DNA of 64,000 bases from Chrysemys picta bellii (taxonomy: Eukaryota): positions 17,298,001-17,362,000 of the forward strand of contig NC_088808.1 of assembly GCF_011386835.1 (NCBI RefSeq). The letters are read 5' to 3'. Made by a program: the position numbers and the translations under genes. Below the pieces are notes generated by a model. The model was given only the letters and a program-made list of their open reading frames with translations. It did not search any database and had not been told where the DNA came from. This document shows positions 1 to 18,954 of the stretch, one piece after another (the first letter of the stretch is position 1; each line of letters begins with the position of its first letter).

Positions 1-186
1 GTTGCCCCCACACTTTAACCATAGATCCTGTAGAAAGAGGGGTTTAGTTGGTCGATACTATGAGCAGAGATCTATGTTGGTATGAATGAAGCAGGAGTGC
101 CAGGAAGAGATCTAACTTGTGACATGCAAACGAGAAGCTTAAAATTGGCACTGGAGCTGCATAGTGTAAGAATAAGTTAACACTGA

Positions 187-265
187 TTGTGCAAATGATG
201 ATGATTAATATTTGCTATCTGAGCATTAATGATGACTACTCACCACCAAGATCGCTGATGCACAA
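187..265 (+). ncRNA. SNORD24: Box C/D snoRNA U24
   Basis: 7-bp terminal stem TTGTGCA (187-193)/TGCACAA (259-265); C box ATGATGA 195-201; D' CTGA 219-222; C' ATGATGA 229-235; D CTGA 255-258. Guides AATATTTGCTA and CCACCAAGATCG match the U24 28S rRNA guides as I recall them. Intronic in RPL7A. Confidence 0.93.
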
Positions 266-314
266 ACGTATCCTTTTTGGGGGGAGGAGAATAATGTGTC
301 TTTAAGGCAACTAA

Positions 315-3073
<2,759 letters not shown>

Positions 3074-3106
3074 GTGTACTGGACTTGCATTTTTCTGTAC
3101 ATAAAA

Positions 3107-3112
3107 AATAAA
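3107..3112 (+). terminator. RPL7A polyadenylation signal
   Basis: AATAAA 34 nt after the stop codon, followed by GT-rich sequence. Confidence 0.85.
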
Positions 3113-3988
3113 ATCTAAAACAGTGTTTCAGCATGGTGTCTGCTCTGGGATGGGCTTCAGAAAGAAGCTAGTATTAAAGCACTTGAGTAGTCTTAGCATT
3201 TACTTAAGACAAGAACTGAATAGCCATTTTGAGTGTTCATCAGTCCCTTAGTGATGGGAGTGTAAATCCCGTTAATGAAAAGAAGGAAGCTACTGAATCT
3301 ACTGCAAAGACTCACTAAACTAGAAACCACTTCACCCCTTGCTGCCAGTCTTCTGTAGTGTGCTGGGCAACTTGTGCCTTAATACTTATATGCTGGAGAA
3401 CTTCACCAGAAAAATTAACTTTAAATGCACTGTGTATGCATGGCCTGCTCTTCGCTTTAACAATGGACTTGTACCTATGGCAGTGCACTGGGCCTCAGGA
3501 CTCCAGTTGCAAAGCTTGGAACTAAACCTGTAGCTCTTTATCAGTACACAACTTGTAAAATGGATTTTCCTTCTGGCTCTTGTAAGAGTCCTTCCCCTGG
3601 CCATTTATTGTGGCTTTGTCTGAAAGAGTTTTCACTAGACCTCTGTTGCTAAAGCAGCATCATTCCTAGTGGGGCTGCAGGTATGGCGTATGTCTGTACA
3701 AGCTATGATGCTACATGCCTGTAGGCCAGGCCTGAGCCTTAAAAGCTAGTTTATCTAGCTCACGCTAGTTTTCTAAGCTTGACACACTAACCATGCCTAG
3801 ACATGGACCAAGCTGGCAATAGTCAACTATTTTCACTTGACTGTGCCTTAGGTATGTCAGCTACATAACTTAATCAAAATCATGATTTTTTAAATCCAAG
3901 TCAAGAGGGCACTTCTGTTTTCCAGGGTTTAGTATTTTCAATTTTTGAGTTTGATGTAGATGCCCAAAGCTCTGTATTTAGGCTCTTT

Positions 3989-4729
3989 TACTTCTGGGGG
4001 AGTGCTGCACCACTGCCCAGGTGCAGAATTTGTCCCCCACAGACTTGTTTCCCTGAAGAAAAATGACCACCTGTGGGGGAAGCCATAAGAGCAGTCATGT
4101 AACCCTCCCCAGGAGTATGTTATGGAGGCCCAGGGCAGTGGCCAGAGAGGTAAATCACTGTGGGGTGGGCCTGGGGAAGACAGGGCAAGTGGCTCCTACC
4201 CTGCACTGGGCTCAGCTGCTACTCCCAGCTGGGCTGAGGAGGATAAGACTTCCTTTTCCCCTGCAGGGCATCTGGGGCTGAAGCAGACCCTCCCCATGGC
4301 TCCTCAGCTGCAGGGGAGGGATCCCTGTACAGGCAACTGCTCCCCATAGCCCAACCCTCTCACTGAGCCTCACCCCATTGAGCCCCAACCAACTGTACCA
4401 AGAGCCTCCCCCCCCAAATTCCACTTTCCCAGCATCTGGGACCCCCCTCTACAGTATCCCATTACCATTGCACCTAGAACCCCCCATGAATCTAGATCTT
4501 CCCCCCCTACTGAGCCACCTGCACCCAGATTGCCCCACACAGAACCCTCTCAACCCCCACCTAGATCCCTCCACACTTGGGAGCTGCACAGTGATCTCAC
4601 ACACCTGTGCACCTAGTGGCCTATACTCCCCAATACCATGCTGGAGCCTCCACATTTGACAAAATGTGCAGAATTTTAAAAATAGTGTGCAGAAGTTTTA
4701 TTTTTTGGCACAGAATGCCCTCAGGAGTA
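3989..4729. mobile_element. Non-autonomous DNA transposon (hAT-like) with C-rich internal repeats
   Basis: Imperfect TIRs TACTTCTGGGGG ... CCCTCAGGAGTA; degenerate 8-bp flanking duplication GGCTCTTT/AGCCCTTT. Related termini occur at 29969-30177. Confidence 0.55.
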
Positions 4730-5534
4730 GCCCTTTGTACATGTAATGAATGTACAGTATGTGCTACTGGAATGAGTCATCTTTTCTTGTGCATTTTAGT
4801 GTAGTACTCTCAACCAGCATTAAGTGCACTAGGGAACTGTTAGTGTGCTTTAGAAATCACACTGCTGTAGAATGCATTACTGCTCTGTGTGGACAAGTTC
4901 TTAGATACAGGTAGCCATTTTTGGTGGTTATTGGATAAATGCTGCCTCCACTTTTTTGTAGCTAGGCTTTTATCAGTTAATATAAAGGAAGCCCTGTGTC
5001 TAAGGTGCAGAACTAGCCCACTGCTATTCACAACCTACAGTTTAGCACTTAACACTCTGAATATTGTAGAGGGAGCCTAGGTACTGAAGAATGGGATTCA
5101 CAAAAGCCAGGATGCATAAGCTAGCCACTACAAAACTGGTGTTACCTAAGTCCTGCCTCTCAAAGGAAGTTAGTTACTCTTTGCATTTACAGGATGGGGA
5201 GGAGGGGGTGTCAGGTTACTACAGTATCCTGCACAGGACTAAATGTTAAGGGTTGCACCCTCCCACCCCTTGTGTAGGTTTAGGCATGCTTAGACAATAT
5301 CTACCAGAGTGGGCTCCAAAAGTAAGATAGGTGAAAGAACCCCTAGTCAATGCTGGTGGGACTTAGACACAGTCAGCATAATGCTAGGGCTACCGAAATG
5401 ATGGGTATTATAGCACCTATCCCAATAAGTTAAGGAAGCTTAAGTGCAGAGGGTCTAATCTGCCCTAGCTGTTAAAACATGGTGAGTTCTTGGTTCAGAT
5501 ATACACAGAGCAAAAGACCACATACAAAGAGCCC

Positions 5535-5540
5535 TTTATT
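5535..5540 (-). terminator. Candidate SURF1 polyadenylation signal
   Basis: First AATAAA on the minus strand downstream of the SURF1 stop, about 700 nt away. Its use is not demonstrated. Confidence 0.45.
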
Positions 5541-6242
5541 TACTCATCTGCAAACCTTCCCCTGTAAAGTGCATTCTGTAACAAAACAATCCAGAGGAGC
5601 TGATTCATTGGATCATGAGTGAACTTTAAAGGAGGTATTTCAAATAGTTTCTCTCTACAATCATGACAGAAATACTCAAATTGCACCTCATACCTTGTGA
5701 TTGATAAAAGCATGTCCTGAATTACCACCTGTATCAGGTGAAAGCACTCAATTTGAAAATATTTCTTCCCCACCCTCTGCGAAAACAGGCAAGGAAGTCA
5801 TGGCCTAAGCACTACCCAACCATGGCTTAAGTTTAAACCTCATCTAAATCACCCTCTCTGGTTCAATAAGAGTTTGTCTTAATAGCTGCAGATCAAATGT
5901 GCCTGAGAATCCAAAGCTCAACGTTTCCAAGAAGTAGCTACAACCAATTTCCACTGAGTGGCCAGACTCACGCTGCTAGAACATCTGGCTTTACAGATTT
6001 CTTGTACAGAATCTGATCAACAGTTTTATGGCAGTCCGCTAGCTGCATTGATTTCCAGAGCAACACAGTCACAACAAGCACGTGATAGGCCAGAGCCAGC
6101 TTGGGTTGAAGACTCAAATGAAATTTGCAATTTGTGAATTCTGGTTCTTTCACAGCCAGGCCTGTTTCTTCTCTGTGGGTCTCCTGAGAGCTTGAGGTCT
6201 TGTCTGTGTTGCATCGAGGAGTGACCCACAGGGGGGCTTCTC

Positions 6243-9200
6243 TCAGAGGGGTATTTTTTGTATGAACTTTTTGTACCACATGTAGGATGTTGCAGCACAT
6301 AAGCCATACCTGCAAATGGGAATGGAAGAGCCAGTCAGAAAGGGAACAAACCAGCTTCAGCGGGTGACTTTAAAGGAGGAGGCTTGGCTGTTACAATATT
6401 ACACTGCTCTGCAGCTGCAACTTGGATTACTGGAGCATCTGCCATCCACAGATCTCCATGCGTTAGGCCTTAAAAAAAAACTCATTTTACAGATAGCCTT
6501 TCTGTGCCTCCATTTCCTTAAGTGACTTGTCACAGGCCACAAAGTGAAGCATTAGAAAAGCCAGATATTTTCTAGTCAATGCTGTTAACTCCCTCACTTT
6601 CAGCCCACCCAGTGTTGCATAAGTCAGCCAATTTAAACTCTGGAAGCTAAAGTAATAGTAAATGCAGGGCTTACCAGGTAATCACGTATTGCATATGTTC
6701 ATTCCTCAAGGTCACTCTTGTCTGGCCTCCAATGGGTCCCCCTGGGACTGTGCTCTCTATAAGTACAATATGGTGCCACAGATTAAAACATGCTTAAAAA
6801 ATAGTGTTTGTACAACACCAAGCACAATGGGGGCTTGGTCTATGGGAATATAAATTAATAGTCTGCATCGCACGTGACTGTTCTAGAATCAGAACTACAA
6901 TGGGGGTCAGTCTCTCCCCATCCTCTTGCTTACTGTGCCTACAAGTTTCTTGAGTTATTTGCAAAACCTACTGCAGCTGTAGAGTTGACTCTTCCCTGGG
7001 AGCTCAATGGTGAATATAAAGCGTATTTTTGCTGTAGCAGCAGCATTCTATAACTGGTGCTGTTTTCCTTCTTGAGCCCATGCACATGGAACGGGTGTTC
7101 TTATCTCTGCATGGGTGTTGGCTTGGCCCCTTGCTGTATGACTGGAAGTGAGAGCATAGAATTCTCATGCACCTTTTCATACTGAGTTGTCATTCTGCAG
7201 TGCTGGTAATCTTATTCAAGACAGTAAACTTGGCAAAATACAGGAAACAAAGATAGAGGTGCAATACCTCTGTGCCTAGCCTACTGTCTTGAAATGCCTG
7301 AGGTAAGTAATTGGGTCTCTAGAGAAGTGCACTAAAGTCTAAGCCAGTTAGCAAATTAATATCATTTTTATACTAAGAAAAATAAGCAAAGTACTTCTGT
7401 CAGTTACTGCACTAGTACTTCTCAGCCTCCCACAGGTATCTCAGATTTCAGGGCAAGAGACACACTAGACCAGTCTCAAACTGAGGAGGGGATAGGCCCA
7501 TGTAAATTGGACAAAAGATAGGGGAATCTAGCTCTTTGTCTTACTGAAATCTGCATCGATAAAGATGGGCTCAGCGCCAGTCACCCTCGCCATAGCCTCC
7601 AGGTCCCGGTAATGCCAGCGGTTCTTTTCTATGTTGTTTTCAGGCACAAAAGGCTTCCGGGTTTCTGACAGCCTCACCACCCCAACAAGGTCTATTTCAT
7701 CTCGGATCTAAAGGAAGGGAAAAAAACCAACAGCAGATTTCTTTGCAGTTTATTCTTTTTTCAAAATCCACTTGGGCCCTGGTGAATATTTATCTGGGTC
7801 ATAAAACTCCAGCACCATCCGAGGCCCACAGAGGGGACAACTGGTGGTCCCGCAGGTCAAGACAGAGACGTGTGCAGTGTAGCAGGGGAATAGGCAAATC
7901 AGTATCAGTTTCTAATTTTAAAGAGCACCACATTCCTTCAAGCCAATGGGGGAAAAAAGCCCACCTGCTTTGAGAAGTACAATGCATCCCTCCACTTCAA
8001 GATATTGCATAGTCACATGATCTACTACGGTGCCAAATGCATCTAGTCTTATTTGGCATATTAACAGCTTCTCCCAGACAGTCACAGAGCAGAACTCTAA
8101 CTAGTGAGGCTTTACTCTATTCCTCTTACCTGTCCTTTCAGTCTGGTCTCTGGTTTCACCTTCCTTTTAGGGACAAATCCTCGATTGACTAGAATTGTGA
8201 TCCTATAGTTACATATAAAAACAGAAGAAGAAAAGAAAAAGTCCTTCACAAGCAAAAGCAGGACTCCGATCACCTTCCTCTACTTCCTGAACTACATACC
8301 AAGGAGAGTAGCAAGCCAAGTGTTTGTGGCCACTTTTTTTAGCCCATTAAATGTATTTAAAACTCACTTTAATCAACAATTAGGAGTCAAGGCTCAGTGG
8401 CCCTACTGGTTATCAGGAAGATTCTTATAAGGGGAAAAGAATGATTTATACAAGAAGTCCAACTGCTGCAAGTCAACCTTTGGAGGGGAGGCGAAAGCAA
8501 CACATGCTTCAGGGGTTCAGTTGCCTGCCTGTAGCACAGCAGTAATACACATGATTCTCTAGTTAGTATCTGAACATACCCCAGGTCTGTGCAGTAGAAG
8601 GGAGTAATGACATTTACTCCACTCTCTGGGTTGGATGTCAGCAGTCCAGCTTCTCTGGCCTCTCGTTCAGGATCCACCAAGGAACGTGGCAAAATATAGA
8701 GCTCCTTGGAGTGGTCGAAATACCCTCGAGCCTTTACAGACCTGTACTCCAGTTCCTTTAGCTCCATGGGGCTGCAGGGAAACATGATGCACTGAGATGA
8801 AAGATGCAGTTAGTTCCATAATTTCATTTAGGATTTATCTCCTTCCTGTTATTCCCCCACGGACCAATTCGCAAGGTGGCAAGTAAAGCAAAGAAGGCAT
8901 CAGCAACAGTGGAAAGAAGGGGTGGAGGTGGGGGGAATGCCCCTGAGCTAAACAGCTGGCTTCATAATTTAGTAGCACAAGAGAAGAGGTTACATCAATT
9001 CACAGTAAGATCAGTCAGTAGTATTCTGAGTGCATCCACAGATGCATAAATCAGTTGCCTCCATGCCACTTGCACCCAAACATCTCTTCTGTGACCCAGC
9101 TAGCCAAACACCAGTCAGAGAGGAGGAGGGTCTGCTTCCTGCTAACACAGCACGTAGATGCCAAACCAACAGGAGAGATTTCCCTTCCCTTCTCAATCCC

Positions 9201-12200
9201 CGAATTTGCACAAATTGGGAATGTTTTCACAGTCAGTATTGGATGGCCATATGATCTAATAGAACCCTTCTCCCACACTGTTTCCTCCATCTGAGAAACC
9301 ATGCTTGGGCAGAAGCCAGGTACTGAAGGCACGATCCAAGGCCCTCTGAAATCAATGAGAATCTTTCCATTGACTTTAGTGGGCTTTGGATCGAATCCCA
9401 AGCACTGTCTCTTCTTTCAGTCCCTTCTATGGATCTCATCCCCAGCAATACTTCCAATAGCTTCCTGCCCCGGAGTGGTCATCCTGTGAATCATACTTGT
9501 CTGAACTATACTGCAAACTCTGCAAGACGGGGACCATGCCCTTTTGCATGTCTTTAAAAGTACACCTCTACCCCGATATAACGGTGTTCTCGGGAGCCAA
9601 AAAATCTTACCGCGTTATAGGTGAAACCGCGTTATATCGAACTTGCTTCGATCCGCTGGAGTGCGCAGCCCCGCCCCCCCGGAGCACTGCTTTACCGCGT
9701 TATATCCGAATTTGTGTTATATTGGGGTAGAGGTGTACTGCATATATTTATGGCACTGCATGATGCCTCTCCCAGGGACGTGCTCCCGATCCCTATTTAA
9801 AAGAATGGAACTAACATGACGTTTACCTTCCTTCCCTTCTTGTCCACATTGCTTTTTGTGGCATCCCTTCATTTGTATGTCATCTAGTAAGTTCCTGGGG
9901 GCAAGGATCACGTCTAAAGTTCCTAGCACATAGTTGGAGCTGCATAAACAAACAGTAGCAACCCAACTCTCACACTTACTCTGTAGGCAGAGGAATGGGC
10001 TTTGATGCAACTCGTGACTCCAAATCTGCTATCAATTTTAGCTTCCACTTCCGACGCTGAACCTGGGAATGCACAAACACACAAGTAGTAGTGCACAGCA
10101 GTGTCATATACATGGGAACTGTCTATAATGAGTTCTTGCAAATTTGGAAAGGAAATCCCATCTCATCATCAGGATCCCTCCATCCTGGGTCACATTGGTC
10201 TATTACAGGAAAGGTTGTGATATGAAAAGTGAGACTACTACATTTTAGGGAGGAAAAAAAAGTACTGAAGCGTGGGTTTAAGGAAAATGAATCTCCCATC
10301 CTCAAACTTGCATGGAATTTGCCAATAGACACACAGAAAAAAAGTGTGTGTGGGGGGGTCAAATTTGGGGGTTGGCCAACCTCTATGTTGTCACTTAAGA
10401 GGGCCATGTCTTTGAGTTAGGCCATGCACCATCCTGAACAGTTCCCACTCCTTCCCAAGTGCTCAGATATCTCAGGAGAATGAAATGGTGATATTTACCT
10501 GCCATGTACCAAGACAAAATGTGGTGAGGGGGATCAGTAAAAGGCCCCACTTGAAGAAGACATCCTCTTCAGATTTAGCAGAAGCAGTTGTGGAACTTCT
10601 ACGTCTGCAGGGTCTCCAGCAAATCTCTGGAATACATTAAAATGAGAAACAGGATTTGTGCAGTAAGGACCCAGCTAAATTCCTGCAGGGTTTGCACCAT
10701 CACAAACAGAAGGTGAACATGCTCCAAAGCTACCATTCTACTGGCTTAATGCTAGTCAGCTATTTTATTTACATTATATAATGTATCTATTAATAGGATA
10801 CTTGGAGATTTTCATCTTCAGAGAGCTTTATAATTAGTTAATCTTCCCAGCATTCCTTGAGGTGGGTGAAAGAACTCTGTCTGACAGTAGCCTTTTAATT
10901 ACACTGAATCCTAATACATTTAAAATAAAATAACTACCCACTACCAAGGCAGAAGCTGTTCCTTTTTTCACTCTCCTCATACCAAATATTGTTGCAATGG
11001 AGCATAGGTACAAGGCTTCTCAAAATATGACACCTTCTGGAATAAGACAAATGGAGTAGGACCCAAAAAATTCTTCCTTACCTTTATTTTGCTGAACCAG
11101 ACCAGAATGTGCTTTAGTAAGAGGATATCCAAAAAAATTTCTTCTGACCAAACAGTTTGGTATCTAAACAAAATGAGAGACATCTTGTAGCGGCTCTATT
11201 TTGTAATTAGTCCCTCATGATAATGGTTGTCATAGTGACCTTATAAGCTAATTTTATTTGCTGGGGAAAAGGTATTGTAGATCTCATCTGAACCATCATC
11301 CCTAACTCGTTCTAGTTTAGATTACAATACAAAGAATTTAAAATCCAATTTCAATTGTAGGAATATAGTTCAATGATGACTGCTCTTTGCCTTCACCTCA
11401 TTCTATATTAGAAATGAGACAGAACAAATTAGGATGCTGTTTCTTAACACAACAGTTAGGAACATCTTGATATAAATGCCATCAGAGTTCTGGTACCTCA
11501 TAACTTTTGAGCTTCATTAAATCAGTTGGCATATTACCATTGAACAGACATGGCCAGACTCAAATACTTAGTCTCCCACCATCATCATCATGTTGGTTAA
11601 TAACAGCTGTCAGTTGTTATTAGTCAGTATTTTAGAACTACCTTCATTTAGATCTGAATGCTACCGGATGGCTTAATCCAGGGGTTCTCAAACTGGGGGT
11701 TGGGACCCCTCAGGGGGTCACAAGGTTATTACATGGGGGGTCGTGAGCTGTCAGCCTCCACCCCAAGCCCTGCTTTGCATCCATCATTTATATAATATAT
11801 AAAAAGAAGTTTTTAATTTATAAGGAGGGGTCGCACTCAGAGGCTTGCTGTGTGAAAGGGGTCACCAATACAAAAGTTTGAGAACCACTGGCTTAATCCC
11901 TGACACAAGATGTCCCATTTATCTATATCCTTCAGTCATCTCACAAGCTCAACATCTAATTCACAAAAAATGAATAAACTCCAAAAGTGGTGCAGTGACT
12001 GCAGATGTAAGCAGATCAACCAGGATGCACTCAGCACATTAGCCTAAGCCTACATGAAGCCTGGAACATTAAGTACTTTGGAGGCACACAGTGCTATTAA
12101 TAATGCAATAATTAACACTTATAATATAATCAAATGTATCCTTAGAAGGTTTTGGAACTGACTAAAGTTCTGGATGATTTTTAAGAGACCAGACAGATGA

Positions 12201-12945
12201 GGATTCATTTACAGCAGTCAAGTATCAGAGGGGTAGCCGTGTTAGTCTGAATCTGTAAAAAGCAACAGAGGGTCCTGTGGCACCTTTAAGACTAACTTGC
12301 ATCTGAAGAAGTGAGGTTCTTACCCACCAAAGCTTATGCTCCCAATACTTCTGTTAGTCTCAAAGGTGCCACAGGACCCTCTGTTGCTATTTACAGCAGT
12401 CGTTATACACGCTCCCTTTTGTGATGAATGCTCCCCCGTCCTCCCCGGTTGTGTTTCAATGGGATATTTTAACAAGCCTCACTCTCTGTTCAGACTGCCA
12501 CAGCTGGAAACAAGCCGCGTCTCTTTCATAATAACTCCCCCCCACACACACACCTTCCCGACACCACTAGGGGCCCACAAACTATACACCGAACCTAACA
12601 ACACAGATCACGCCCATGGCCCCCATCTGGTCAGCAGACACTGCGCAGCGCCGAGCTCCTGCGACAGGGCGAGGAGACGCCTGGCCGGGTGCCAGCGTCC
12701 CCTCCCTCCCTCCCTCCCTCCCCCCAGCTTGCGGCAGGATCGAGGGGCAGGCGGCCGCACACAGCGCTCAGCCCCCTGGCCCCGCCTGGCAGCAGAGATC
12801 GGGCGAGACTGAGCCTTACCAGGCAGCCCGGCCACGCGGGGCAACCCCGGACCCTGCCGTAGCGATGGGCCCCGGCGGCGCCGCCTGGGCCCCGGGCTCT
12901 TACCTGGGAGCTGGCCTCGCGCAGCAACCGGGTCCAGCCGGCCAT
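6243..12945 (-). CDS. SURF1: Surfeit locus protein 1 (cytochrome c oxidase assembly factor), 303 aa
   Basis: Exons in transcription order: 12945-12904, 11163-11082, 10626-10499, 10062-9980, 8771-8580, 8202-8130, 7707-7545, 6756-6675, 6309-6243; total 912 nt, all GT-AG. Motifs [98 protein letters not shown]. Confidence 0.96.
9558..9740. mobile_element. Tc1/mariner (Tigger-like) MITE
   Basis: About 24-bp TIRs AGTACACCTCTACCCCGATATAAC / GTTATATTGGGGTAGAGGTGTACT; CpG-rich interior; flanking TA partly decayed. Confidence 0.75.
11679..11890. mobile_element. hAT MITE, 212 bp
   Basis: TIRs CAGGGGTTCTCAAACT / AGTTTGAGAACCACTG; perfect 8-bp TSD GCTTAATC at 11671-11678 and 11891-11898. Confidence 0.9.
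12220..12388 (+). mobile_element. Penelope-like retroelement remnant (inverted pseudo-LTR pair) with a mutated hammerhead motif
   Basis: 13-bp TSD ATTTACAGCAGTC at 12207-12219 and 12389-12401; 36-bp inverted repeat 12261-12296/12353-12388; GCAT-CTGAAGA-A-GTGAG..CCCAC-CAAA-GCTT-ATGC at 12299-12339. Family assignment is from recall. Confidence 0.75.
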
Positions 12946-13197
12946 GGCGGCCCTGCCGGGGTGACCCGCAGCAGCTGGGCACCACCTCCGCGCGCCCCCT
13001 CCACCGCTTCCTCTTCCGGCTCCCACCGGAAGTCGGCGGTGTCCATCCGGCCGCTGCTCTCTATGGTTCCGGCTCCCAGAGGCTCCGGGCTTCCCTGACT
13101 TCCGGTTGGGGCCGTACCGTGGGCTGCCCGGCTGCCCCCACGTGAGGGCCGGGCCGGAGCAGGGGGAGTCCGGGCTCCGCCGCCCTCCAGCGCCATC
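12946..13197. promoter_or_regulatory. Bidirectional CpG-island promoter of SURF1 and SURF2
   Basis: Divergent ATGs at 12945 (-) and 13198 (+), 252 bp apart; 30 CpG in 12901-13200 by hand count; ETS/GABP motifs CTTCCGG 13013-13019, CCGGAAGT 13026-13033, ACTTCCGG 13098-13105; no TATA box. Confidence 0.9.
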
Positions 13198-18508
<5,311 letters not shown>

Positions 18509-18948
18509 ACTTTTCTATAAGTGTGAAACAGTAGTTGGCTGGAGCTAGTTATGTGGCAGTGTGGTGGTCTAAAGGGGGCAGGATGGTACAAGTTCTATTG
18601 AAAAGCCTGGCCTTGCCTGCACCATTGTCAGGTTTCAACCATCTGTTGCTGATGGGGGGTTTTAGTGAGCTGGAGCACAAATGGGTTGTGGGCATTAGGG
18701 TCGATTCTTGGGGCATGGCCTAGTTCTGACTGAGCTGCCAATGATTGGGTGCCTTATACTAATATAAAGTTATTCTGTGGCACTTTATTTTTTGCTGAAA
18801 GGGTTGGCATTTTTATTTCATTTCCTGCCACGCAGGCATCTACTACACAGAGGATATTAATATTAATACCAAGCTTTAGCCAGGGAACACCATCCCCAAA
18901 GGGTCACCAACTGTGCACTCAAGCTGGATACAACAAAGATGCCATAGT

Positions 18949-18954
18949 TTTATT
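18949..18954 (-). terminator. Candidate SURF4 polyadenylation signal (3' UTR about 2.9 kb)
   Basis: First minus-strand AATAAA found downstream of the SURF4 stop; further copies at 18812-18817 and 18784-18789. Confidence 0.55.

Noticed and set aside
12820-12903. 34-nt SURF1 mini-exon (12853-12820) after a 50-nt intron, which would fit the phase of exon 3
   Set aside because: A better exon 2 (11163-11082, [17 protein letters not shown]..) with strong splice sites already links phase 0 to phase 1, and 50 nt is below the usual vertebrate intron minimum.
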